Positions 13,011 to 23,899 of a stretch of DNA of 64,000 nucleotides are shown here, in pieces. The translations under genes were made by a program, and so were the position numbers. The stretch's first letter is position 1. Each line of letters opens with the position of its first letter. This stretch comes from Anthoceros angustus (Eukaryota > Plantae > Anthocerotophyta): assembly GCA_010909165.1 (NCBI GenBank), contig MU008186.1, positions 496,001 through 560,000 on the forward strand, written 5' to 3'. The notes under the pieces are model-generated. The model saw only the letters and a program-made list of their open reading frames with translations. It had not been told where the DNA came from and did not search any database.

Positions 13011-13616
13011 TTTTCCTCTTCTATGATTTTGATTACATTCAATACTCACCTTGCGGGTGCTAGATTGCTTTTCAACTTGTTGACATGTTGTTGAACGGTG
13101 TCGCCTCAACCATCTTGAAGTTGGAGAATTGACTTTCCAGCATTTCGCTCACAATGCTCTTCTTCTCATCGTTGTGCAAGAATTTTCCATGCATCCTGCG
13201 AAGAGACACACTCGCTCAATTGTGAGAGAATGTCATCGACACATTCAGATAATATTAGCCAAGGCTTTCGCATCCTTGTCTATATCCTTTTCGAAGCGCC
13301 ATCTGAAGTCCATTTTCCACAAACTTCCACAATCCTCTCAATGAGAAGAGATTTTAGCTTCAACTTCCATAATGTGAAGTTCCGCCATCAAACTTCTCCA
13401 CTTGACGCGTAGTCTCCATATGCACACCTCGAAAGCTATGCAAAGACAAGACAAAAGTTCCTCGCACCAAAACTACTACCAAGCTTCACAAAATTGCAAG
13501 CGAGCTTTTCACGGACACTTAGTCCGCATAACTACAAACAATGCAATAGAAGACAAGTGGCAAGAGTCCCACAGGTGGTGCAGTGCTTTACGCATCTCGA
13601 ACCATGCTCGATACCA

Positions 13617-13804
13617 TGTTAGAAAGCAGTGTGTTCAGACATTAGAAATGGTGTGCTATGCATACATATATAGCCTTTGGCCTTGTCATACTCTCGATAG
13701 TATGAAACCCTATCTCGCTCCTGGGATAATCCTATATACTTCTAGGACTTATACTCATAACTCTAATATGTGATGTGTTGCACCAATCCTATAGATTTCT
13801 AACA
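13617..13804 (-). repeat. Third copia LTR (copy of the 5' LTR made by the 2.07-kb duplication), with PBS and gag start
   Basis: TGTTAGAAA...TTTCTAACA followed by GTCTC and preceded by gctcgatacca. Confidence 0.92.
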
Positions 13805-13849
13805 GTCTCACTCGGCTCCATGTTCGTGGAGCGACAAAAAGTGATGAGC

Positions 13850-15100
13850 CTCCAACTTACATGGTGATACCCTTTTGCTGCTGTGGTGGAGGGTCTTGAA
13901 TGGGGTTAGCCAGTTTCAGTGTGGAGGATTGGGTGGGGATTGGCCTCGCCACCCTGGTTGCATCGTGCTTGGCATTGCATCTTCTGCAGCCCACCTGGAC
14001 GAGGATTAGGATCCAGAGGAGGAGCAGCGTGTCAGTTGCCACCTCCCAAATGGCGATTGTGGGAACCTCCCACCTGCCAAAGCAAGATGACCCACCCACT
14101 ATGCATGGGCTGGCCAAGACGTCACGGCCCTGTCTTTGCTCAAGGTAGGAGCCTTCAACATGCTCTTCATCACCGACCCCAAGATTGCCGGAGGCACACT
14201 AGTCGAGGAAAGGAAAAGCAAGTTGATGTATCGATTATATAGCTAGGGAGGAGTCCGACAAGGCGGAGCTTTTATATTTGCGTGCATGCGAGTCTCCGTA
14301 TGGGGAATCTGAGGCTTGTGAAGAAGGCTGGTGCAGTCGCTTTCAGCAGCAGTGCAGCTTGAGGAATTGAGGCGGAGGAGACTCGGAAGCAGTTCGGGAG
14401 CTCTTGGGCGCCCAAGGGAATGTTGCAGGTGCATGTGGTTAGGAGGTCAAGTATGATGACTCCATCGATGCGGTGTTCGAGTTGTTCTCCAATCCCATGG
14501 TGGAGGATATTATCCCCGCTCTTGCCTGGGTGGATGCGGTGTCAGGCTTGCGGAGCAGGATGCGGATGGTAATTGCCAACCTGGATAAGAGTATCCAAGG
14601 AACACTGGATGCACGGAAGCAGGATCTGCTAGAAGCGAGGAAGCACGTCAGAATTTCTTTGTCCCAAGTGCAGGGAGCAAGAAGAGCGCGCAGCGCGCAG
14701 CACGGCCTCCACCGCCAGCACTGAACCCACAGCGGCAAGGCTTGAGAGATTGCCGGCCCATAGGAGCACAACTAGTTCAAATACGACCGGTTGCTGGCCC
14801 ATTTGCAAGGACGAGAAGAACACAGTCTTCAAACCGCATCACAGCGAGATCTTTGATCAATCCTCTAGTCACCAACCTGCAACGCCTGCACGCTTAGAAT
14901 GAGTTGATAGACTACCTTGCTGAATCCATTCCGATTCTTCACGAGATTTGCCAAGACCATCTTTCTGTTTTGAGCCCTGACACGGAGGTTACGATGATGG
15001 GCAATCGTTTCTCTTCACAATCCTGAAACAAGCAAGCTGTATACAATATGAGGAGGAGCATCGAAACGAGGACGACACATTAGATTTGTTTTTCCTCTTC
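13850..15100 (+). pseudogene. Cytochrome P450 5' half, degenerate, copy 2
   Basis: Duplicate of 11790-13010 (MFELFSNPMVEDIIPALAWVDAVSG...). Confidence 0.8.
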
Positions 15101-15209
15101 TATGATTTTGATTCTGTTCAATACTCACCTTGCAGTGCAGGCTAGATTGCTTTTCCAAGTTAAGTCACAGTTCATATGGTTCATATGGCGAGTAATATCG
15201 TCCTAGCAA

Positions 15210-15930
15210 ACATGTCACCTGGCACTCATGCACCCAATCCCACTCCTAGTGTTGTCCCAATATAGAGTTTAGGGACAAAAAATAGGCTTAATGGGACCGA
15301 TTATGCTATATGGTCCATGAGGCTAACGCAGATCCTTGAAGAAAATGAGTTGATGGGCATTGTAGATGGCTCTGAAGCTATCCCTACAGCCCCAACAGAA
15401 GATGTCCTAGCTTGGCAGCGGAAGGACGGGAGGGCAAGGTCAATACTGATCGCCTCCCTGGACAAGACAATGATGCCTCACACCATAGGTACAGCCACCT
15501 CAAATCCTATATGGAAGGTATTCAAACTCATTTACAAATACAAGAGCTTTGTTTCGATGGTGCATGTATGTTGTGACTTCTTCAACCTATGAATGAAGGA
15601 CACTGAACCTGTTGAGGCTTACATACACAAGTTTAGAACTATGAGAGCTAACTTGGCTTGTTGTGGCACTGTGTGAATAGAGGTTCAGGCTGATGTATGC
15701 CTTCTCGCTTCTATGCTAGACACCTATATAGCCATGTGGTGAGTTCACGGTGCATGTATGTTGTGACTTCTTCAACCTATGAATGAAGGACACTAAACCT
15801 GTTGAGGCTTACATACACAAGTTTAGAACTCTGAGAGCTAACTTTTTGTGTAACGCGGTGAATAGAGGTTCAGGCTGATGTATGCCTTCTCGCTTCTATG
15901 CTAGATACCTATATAGCCATGTGGTGAGTT
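15210..15930 (+). mobile_element. Unrelated Ty1/copia gag fragment with a ~190-bp internal tandem duplication
   Basis: LNGTDYAIWSMRLTQILEENELMGIVDG...WQRKDGRARSILIASL is typical of copia gag N-termini. 15557-15745 is repeated at ~15747-15925. Confidence 0.8.
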
Positions 15931-16475
15931 CACAGAATGCAACAAAAAGAGCAGTTGTACAAGCTACGGCTGCTGGAGCTACACCTTCTGTCGCATTGGA
16001 GGAGGTCCTTGGCAATTCTATGGACTCAACTTGTGTTGGACTAAAATATGTAAGCAAACTTTGTCTAGCATTAGACTTCCTTGACACTTGGATCTAATCA
16101 AAATTGATTGAATGAAATTACAAACTTGTTTTGAAATTTCTTCCTTTTCTTGAACTTGTGAATCCAATTTCTTTTAAAGTCTAATTTTGTGCTCCTTAAA
16201 TTATTTCTCTTGCTTTGCACCCTTGAATTTTCTCCAATATCCTTATCTACCAGGATTGATGGAATCCATGGTGAATTGACAAGTATTGGATGCACAAATT
16301 ATGCATCAAATAAATATAAAATTGAGCATAATACAATTACTGCTGATGTTCAAATATGGTAGAAACATATCTTGAAAATTAGATAATCTAGAGTAGAAAA
16401 TGCATTAGGGATTTGATGCCTTTGTAGGAAGCAAATAGTATGCTCAAGGATCAAGAGCAAGGTACTATGATACTA

Positions 16476-16704
16476 TGATGAAAATCATACACTTGCTCAA
16501 AGATGTTTGTAGCATTATTGTCATGATAGAAAGTAGAAGTGTTTATAAAATAGAGGTAGTTATATATAATTGTAATTAATATAATCAATAACTAAATAAA
16601 ATAACTATCTCTAATCTTAAAAATTAAATAATAATTAACTCTAAGGATGCCCCAATGAATAATACCCATATTAACAACATATTTTATCACTCGTACGCAC
16701 TATC
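16476..16704. repeat. AT-rich dispersed repeat (inverted homolog at 33152-33436)
   Basis: aaaatcatacacttgctcaaagatgtttgtagcatta and caatgaataatacccatattaacaacatattttatcactcgtacgcac match the reverse complement of the 33152-33436 segment. Confidence 0.7.
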
Positions 16705-16716
16705 ACAAAAGCTAGC

Positions 16717-18463
16717 TTAGAATCGAGACTTTCTCTTTCGCCCTGTGTACTTCGTGTCAGGAGGAACGTTAAGAACTCCCTGGTTCCTTCTCTCCTCTTT
16801 CTTCTGCAAAACCCAAGCCCGGCCTTTCACTTTTTGTTCGGCCTTCACTTTTTGTGTCGCTTTCACTCTCTGCCTCTTGGCAATCCTTACCTGTCATCAA
16901 AATAAAACACAGTGTGATGTTACGCACCCAGAAGCAGCAGACGTCAAAGGTAGAGGGTGACAGGGACTTGCTTGATTGCTTACTGTTTGGCTCTCATCAC
17001 TGTCACTCCCACTCTCATCGCTGTCACTACCACCATCTTCCCCCTTGGCCTTGGGGAGCACATAGCTCATACTTGGTGGGCCACAGGTTAAGCAGAGGTA
17101 GTACTTCTTTGAGCGGGTACTGAAAAGAATAGGTTAAGTTAGGACAAGTGAACCTGGTGAGTGTTGTGCTCTTGCTGATGTGTGTAATGTCAGAAGGAAG
17201 GCTACACACCTGTGCGGGTAATCCACAACGAGACCGCCGGTGAAGCCCGCTTGCAATGCTGCCCGGGCGATTATCTCCACCTGGGCTGCATTCTCTGGAT
17301 AGAGTTGCAGAACTGCCTTCGCACCCCTGACCAGGCACCTGTACAGGGAAGCGAAGAAGGCCCTGCAATACAGCTGAAACCGCGTTATGGACTGATGAAC
17401 GTGTGTCAACCAAAGCAACTGCAACCGGCTGAGATGCGAGGAGGGCATTACTTGAGTCGAAGGTGAGGATTGTGGCAGGACTTGTCAGCATTGCAAAGCC
17501 ACTGATCACCCATACACGAAGCCACAAACATGGATTTAGGTTTCCATGTCATCCCAAGTGAAAGCCCAACCTGTGCGCATCCACAGAAAATACAAGGAAT
17601 AAAATAGGCCCTACTGCAGGGTGTAGAGAAAGCTGGTAGTTACCTGAATAGCAGAGATGCTTATGGCACCATCTATAGTGCCATCCCGCAAACTCATTCC
17701 CTGCTCCAGCATGTCAGCCATGAATTCACTGACCTTGCACCCTAAACCTTGATGCTCAATACCATGAAAGAAAAGAAAAGAAAGCAGACCTGGCCAATGT
17801 CGCAGAGAGCAAGATCCCCCTCTACCTCTCGTTCCACCGCAATGTCTACAGAACAAACAAACAGAAATCAATCTCTTACCCGTTCAGCCCCCCATAAACC
17901 TCTTCCATAAGATTGTCAGTGTGTTACCTACCCAGCATGGCTTGGGAGATGTCAAGTCCAATCCAGTGATTCCCACTTTTTGTCAACGTTTCTCCACTGA
18001 GACCTGACCCACATCCTACGACCAAAACCACGAACCACACAAATTGTTGGTGGCAAAACCCAAAATCCGAAATCTCTAACCCAAGCACTGAAATCTCACC
18101 ACAACCACGAACCACACAAATTGTAGGTGGCAAAACCCAAAACCCAAAATCTCTAACCCAAGCACTGAAATCTCACCAATGTCCAGAAGTACTCTAGGCA
18201 CACCGTCATCCGGCAACTCGAGAATCTCCAAGGCCCTTCTGCTCATCTTAGCCTGCAATATCGCCCGGAACAGAAACGGATAACCAAAACGCCCGACCCG
18301 TACACAAGATTACCAAAACGACGAAAATCCGCACAAGCACGGCTTCCCACACAGACTCAAAGACCTGGACTTCTATCATCCTCGATGATGTTGTGTACTT
18401 CCGAGCCTCCCTCTCATTGTAAAATACTTCAGGCGGATTCTGATGCTCTGGGCGGGGCGACAT
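16717..18463 (-). CDS. BUD23: 18S rRNA (guanine-N7)-methyltransferase BUD23/WBSCR22 (RID2 ortholog), 9 exons
   Basis: Exons 18463-18365, 18252-18177, 18015-17932, 17845-17790, 17700-17644, 17501-17452, 17362-17210, 17119-16984, 16890-16717, all GT-AG. Sequence runs [61 protein letters not shown] to C-terminal [16 protein letters not shown]. One -1 shift in a G run near 17040 is probably a sequencing error. Confidence 0.95.
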
Positions 18464-18519
18464 CGCAACAAATCTGCAGGGAAAAGCGCTGATACCGTTT
18501 CTCACTGAAGTCACTTGAT

Positions 18520-18597
18520 ATATATAGGTAGTGACATACCGATAAGGAAACAGCTAACATATATAGGTAGTGGCATACCGAGAAGGAAACAGCTAAC
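18520..18597. repeat. 2 x 39-bp tandem repeat upstream of BUD23
   Basis: atatataggtagtg(a/g)cataccga(t/g)aaggaaacagctaac occurs twice. Confidence 0.9.
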
Positions 18598-18765
18598 TTC
18601 GAGCATAAGATCGTTTCCAGATTGGAAACGATCTCATTGCATGGACATGAAAGGGTCAGTCTGTGGTTGACAGGGACAAGGAAGGATGTGGCGGCCTGGA
18701 TGAGGCGAGAGGATTGTGAGCTACTGAAGATCAAAGCGGAGATGGTGTGATTGCTTGGTTACGGA

Positions 18766-19376
18766 ATGCCCCCAAGAAGGACAGGGAAATCGAGCTCCAG
18801 AGCTGAACCAGGCAATGCAGCCTGCACTGAAGGCAGTGCAGCAGCATTGCAGCGCTGGGTAAAGGCAAGGCTGCTGAGCTGAGACTTGAATCGGATTTAG
18901 AGCGCTCTCTTTTGACGTCTGTGCCACATGCAGGAGCCTGGAAGAGCCTGGTGCTTTGTCTGAGAACTTGTCTGGGAAGAATGCGGTGTCAGTGCGGTCT
19001 CCGGGTGGAATTGATCTGCCAACTCTTTCATTTTTTCCGCAAACGATCAAAGCGTCTGCACTGCCCTTGCTAAGGATGGTGTAGCCTCATCACGTCTGGT
19101 TATTGGTCATGCACAGTACCCAGGCATCCTGCCGTCTCAATTTTCCCGATAGCGATGCTGTAACATGGCCACAGTATGGCAACCGGACGCATTGGGGACC
19201 CAGCAAATCGGCGGGTGGGCAGGGATTGTACCAGGGGCTCCCGCTCAGCTCACTTGAGGGAGTCATTGAGCACTGGCAAACAAGCACGCCTGTAGGTGCA
19301 GCAGTGTGAGGAGCCCTGCACTTCCGAGAAAAGCTATGGCTGGCATCGGCTGGGAAAAGCATCGGCAAATCGGCAT
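18766..19376 (+). pseudogene. Unidentified, frameshifted 5' gene fragment divergent from BUD23, cut by the duplication breakpoint
   Basis: ATG at 18766 (MPPRRTGKSSSRAEPG...) with protein-like segments in shifting frames. No recognisable domain. Confidence 0.25.
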
Positions 19377-20230
19377 CGCATTTGCCACCTGTGCTCCATC
19401 AGGACTAAACAAGGCACAAGAAAAATCAAGCAGTTCCTCTTGCCAGAAGACTGCCACTTGAGCTTGAAGGTCACTTAATTCCAAATTCCATATAGGTTCT
19501 GAAATAGAAAATAGAAAATAATATAAAATAGAACCTTTTTAATATAGTATATATAATAGAAAATAGATCCTTTTATGAATATAGAACCTAGAACCTAGGT
19601 CCAATATAGCGTCCAATCAACGGCCCTTTCCACAACATGTACATGGTGTAGAAGACAGGACATTCCAGTGTCATGCCACCCAGTTTCGAAAAACAATCGT
19701 TGGAGCTTTGGTTCTGCAACTGGGCCATCCACAGCCTTCTCCAGAACAATTGGTCTAAGAGGATGCTCAGCTTTAGAAGCAGACAAAAAACCTTCCCATA
19801 ATGCAGGAACTTGCGCACAACGTGTTGAGAGCATACAACTCGAAAGGTGAGCAAACTTACTTCAAACTGTTGGTAACTCCAATGCCATGGATTCTTACAT
19901 CACTTATGAGGATCTTCCTATTTTGCCCCATACCTAGAATAAGGATGGCAACGCAAGAAACTCGCTGAGGCTTGGATGACACCCTAGAAACAATAGTGGC
20001 GCTGATGAAAACAAACAAGTCAGTTCTAACTGTCCCGAAGATTACTTACTCTCTACGAAACTGCTTGACAAACACTCCTGCATAATCACCATCAGAGGGA
20101 GCACCTATCATCATCGCTGTGTCCGTACCCTGGAAGACAGATATTCACGGAAGAAATATCAGTCAACCACCTCATGGAGGGCACTTCAGGCAGTTCTACA
20201 ACCATCTGCCATGGGGATCAGGCCCAGGAG
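19377..20230 (-). pseudogene. OXP1: 5-oxoprolinase, middle exons and start of the hydantoinase-B half (copy 1)
   Basis: MAD-VVE, GTDTAMMIGAPSDGDYAGVFVKQFRRE, RKILISDVRIHGIGVTNS, PIVLEKA...FETGWHDT, LDFSCALFSPDGAQVANA. Confidence 0.85.
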
Positions 20231-20334
20231 TAGAATGCTACCCACCTCACAGGAGGGCATTACTCCAGCCAGTCATGTTTCTTTTGTGTGCCTCCTTCAG
20301 GCCTGTGCCAGTGTCGGAGCTTTGCATCAGGCAT

Positions 20335-20460
20335 GAGACCAAATCTCTTTGGCCAAAGAGATGTGGTCTCATGGACTGCCATGATTGCAGGTATGCTCAG
20401 CATGGTCTCAGTCAAGAGGCCCTCACTTTGTATGCAAGTATGCAGCGTGAGGCTTGACTG
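20335..20460 (+). pseudogene. Isolated PPR motif fragment (copy at ~57650-57770)
   Basis: [33 protein letters not shown] after correcting one frameshift. Confidence 0.8.
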
Positions 20461-20489
20461 CTCCAAATCATGTCACATTCGTGTGCCTG

Positions 20490-20700
20490 TCATGAGACCA
20501 CTTGTCCTGCCTATTGTCCCACCACTGTCTAGGATCTGAGAACAGGTCCTGCCATAACAGCTCCAGCCTGGCTCTCTTCAAAGCTTCCTGGCTGATATCA
20601 ATCCCTGCAGACGAAGCTGCGGCTGGCGGGCATGTAGAATCGACACGGATCCATGGTCGTTGCTCAGTCCTTGGTTGCGAATCCTTGGCCGAACTACCCA
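20490..20700 (-). pseudogene. Truncated gene with an OSB-type (organellar ssDNA-binding PDF-motif) half repeat (copy at ~57800-58014)
   Basis: LLWQDLFSDPRQWWDNRQDK resembles the W..FF..P..WWDNR..K start of the OSB PDF motif. The PDFKH half is missing. Confidence 0.65.
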
Positions 20701-20985
20701 AGTCTGGAATCGGAAAAGGGATTCACTGAGCTCACAGCCATAGCTCCTACGGATTTTATTAAAGTAATTTTCATATTATAGTGGAATCAAAAGTATATAC
20801 GGTATTGTTGAAATTTTAATTTAGGTAGATAGGTATTACCGTTGTCAGTAAGTGGAGTTACTTAACAGGACGACATCTAAGAACAAAGGCTACTACCTCG
20901 AAAGCTCCCGAACTCGTTCATACTCTGCGCAGTGCGGTCTGTGTGAAAGCTGAGGCCTGTGCACTGCACAGAGAGCGCTGTGGTC

Positions 20986-21572
20986 ATGGACAGGCAGGAG
21001 GGAATGTATTTGCCGCATGATGTGCTTGGGGCGCACGACTCTCTCAGATTTGGTTTGCCTGCTCTGAAACAAGATGCCTTGCCGAGGCATCCTGCCGAGA
21101 CCGTGCAGCGCACGCATCAGAAGTTGCATGAGGACACCAGGAAAACCATGCTAAGACACCTACAGGGGTCGGCTTTTGTCACAAAGCTGGACATTGAGCA
21201 GCAGATTCTGTCTCGGTAATGAGCTCCCTGTCAGCTAGGACTTGCTCTTCTTCGTGTTCCGGAGACTTATATGGTACTTGGGTGCGCAGCGTGCAACGGC
21301 CGCCAGGTTTGGTTCCTTCCTCCATGCTTGGCTTGGACTCCTACAATAGGACCCTGGAGAGCTTCGGTTTTGAAGACTATCTCAATGGTAAGCACTGTGT
21401 GCTGGAGCACACCTGAAGTTTGAGACTTTGTTAGGGCATGTTGTCTCATGACCTCCTCCTGGTGTCTGCAGATCCGCGAGACTCTGAATTGTTCACACCA
21501 GCTGATTTGCATCATGGGATGGAAGTTCGGCTTGGATTGTCTAGTGGTCCTGTTTCGAAGTCGTTCACATGA
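20986..21572 (+). CDS. UMP1: Proteasome maturation factor UMP1/POMP, intact, 3 exons, 142 aa
   Basis: Exons 20986-21215, 21290-21387, 21472-21572 total 429 nt. DSLRFGL, HP.E, KLDIEQQILSR/VQRPPGLVPSSMLGLD...FGFEDYLN/DPRDSELFTPADLHHGMEVRLGLS match plant UMP1. Confidence 0.95.
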
Positions 21573-21829
21573 GCCCAGGTAGTGCATATGTTTTGCACCA
21601 GAATGTGTCCCTTTTCATATGGCGGTTGTCAGCTTGAAGCTTTTCAGGAAAGGTTAAAGGATACAAAGACCTCTGCTACAAAGTGCTTGACAGTCTTGAA
21701 CTAATTACATTAGGCTACTACCTACTGGGTTTCGAGAAAGTATTTGCATCAATGCCGATCCCCACAAGAACACGACCCATTCTGAAAACGGTGAATACGG
21801 TGTGCATCTGTGTTGGTCACGGCAGCTAG

Positions 21830-23530
21830 AGAGTCACATCCAAAGGTTCGTTTTCCTGCGTTTACAGACAGGTACCCCAGAAGTCATTCACATCACTCAC
21901 AGGATGAATATTATTTTCTATAGCAGTGAAGACTTACATGAGGACCGAAGATAGAGAGAAATATTCGGGAATGACATGCCCAAGAACCAGATTAGCATCA
22001 GTGACAGCCAGCTCTCCTCCCTTGCCATAGCACACTGGTCCCGGATGAGCACTGACGGATTCTGGCCCCACCTGTACCAACCTCTTACCAACTTCAGGAG
22101 CTCAGCCCTGCACCTTATGTGCTTTCTCTTGCTTCCTAACACCTAGCATCGTAATACCAAAGATGCACTGCAGGTGCCCTCCGTGCTGGGCACAAAGGAT
22201 GCACCTCAGTACCTTGAAGACTCCTGCCTGAAACTTCAATTTTGAGCCCCCGACCGCTACAACTGTGTTGATATCAAGTTGTGGAGCCTGCATGTGATTT
22301 CCAATTCAAAGAGTTTGTGACTTGTGAAAGAAATTGGATGGCCACAACAATTTTCTGAAATGAGTAATATGAATCTTACTTGAATGATAACACCTGCAGT
22401 TTGAGTTTCAAAGATTTGCGCTCCCGCATACCGACTCACATCCGTGGATGTTCCTCCCATGTCGAAGCCAATCAGCTGTAGAGTACCATGTATGTGAGGA
22501 TATGCTTGAGACAGGGAGATGGACTATTCCTGAGACGTAAGACATACAGGCTGGTCGGTTTCGATGGAATAAGTCATCTGTGCGTAGCCAACTACTCCTC
22601 CTGCAGAACCTGAAAAAACGTGTCGATCTATCTCCATACAAGCCTTAACAAGAAACCTTGGATTTTCTTATGACCGGAAAATCTTTGTTCAGGAGTAAGA
22701 CCTCCATCAGACTGCATAAATAAGATGGCCACTTTGCTAAGTCACCTAACATCGTTCATCACAAGCAAAGCTTTAAGATGTTGGTCACACGACTGATCGA
22801 CAGTTTATTTCCGTTTTCTCAAGAAGCCAATAGTCGCAGGCATAACATGTCAAGAACCTGAGAGGAAGACAGATAGATACTCCTTGATGACTGGGGTAAG
22901 ATCAGCATCCATAGTTGCTGTGAGACCCCTTGGAACAGCTCGAATCATAGGAACCAAAGCTGATGAGATCGACACTTGCTTAAAGCCCAGACCAATAGCC
23001 AGTCTCTCCACCTCCTGCACTGTACACAACATCATGCCCACCTCCTCTTACAAGGCTCCAGTCTCCCTTTGCCAGCAGTTCCTGTTTGGGACAACTGTTC
23101 AGAAACAAGCTATCTTGAACAAGCTCAAATTTCAGCTTCACGATCGAAGTTAATACCAGACGCGTTCTGGCTCACCCGGAGCTGAGCCCCTTAAGCTTTC
23201 TCATCCATAGGCTTTACAATCTCCACCAATTCGCCTGAGACTCCTTTTAAAGTAATAACTCCTTGTACCTGCACTCCAGCCAATGCTAGTTGAACACGTT
23301 CCATCCGCTTCAATCACTTCCTCATATCTGATTCATGTGATTGAATTAGCACCAAAGAAGTGATTTCATCTGTCAATAGCTTTCCAGTTTCTCAAATTAA
23401 TTCAAGACTGAATTTTCGACATACAATGCTGAAGGTTTTGCGACAGTAAGATCAAAAATCTTTGGACGAGCCTGATTTCCAATGAGAAGAAGGTCTTTGA
23501 ATCCCTGCCACACGTTCCAATGAGCAAAAC
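21830..23530 (-). pseudogene. OXP1: 5-oxoprolinase, N-terminal (hydantoinase-A) exons (copy 1)
   Basis: [86 protein letters not shown]. The first ~90 codons are absent. Confidence 0.9.
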
Positions 23531-23899
23531 AAATCAATTCAACTCACAATCTCCACCGTGAATACACCAAGGTATAAGAGTAAGAAAACCCACTTTGGTG
23601 ACCCACGGAACTGTTTTGGGCTCTGGACCAATTTGCATCCTCCAGTTGGCCTCCAGGAAGCTAAAAGCAGGAGGGCTGGACATGGCACCTCCGGCTTCCA
23701 GGGGCTTCTGGGGAACCATCGCAAGGCGCTAGTTATATCCAAGAATTAGCTGGGTCTAAGGGATTACAGCTCGTTTTCAGATCCTGCTCAATGGTGGCAG
23801 AGTTGTCTGAATAAGGCATGTTCGGATTGATGCTTGCTGCCCCACGAGAGTTGTTTTGATTCTCACTTGGGCTGACGATGGGAGAGATGAGGACCCTGA

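Larger units (their letters stand above)
10993..15155. repeat. Tandem duplication of ~2.07 kb (10993-13066 / 13067-15155) covering copia gag start, PBS, 5' LTR and the flanking P450 fragment
   Basis: The two units align throughout. Junction microhomology GCTTTTC at 10993, 13067 and 15149. Confidence 0.92.

Noticed and set aside
16098-16295. FKRNWIHKFKKR resembling a pogo/Tc5 CENP-B HTH
   Set aside because: The match is short and in AT-rich sequence, with no DDE domain or TIRs found.
17030-17050. Frameshift in BUD23 exon 8 as evidence of pseudogenisation
   Set aside because: A single missing G in a homopolymer restores [12 protein letters not shown] and the conserved last exon. All splice sites are intact, so it is most likely a sequencing error.
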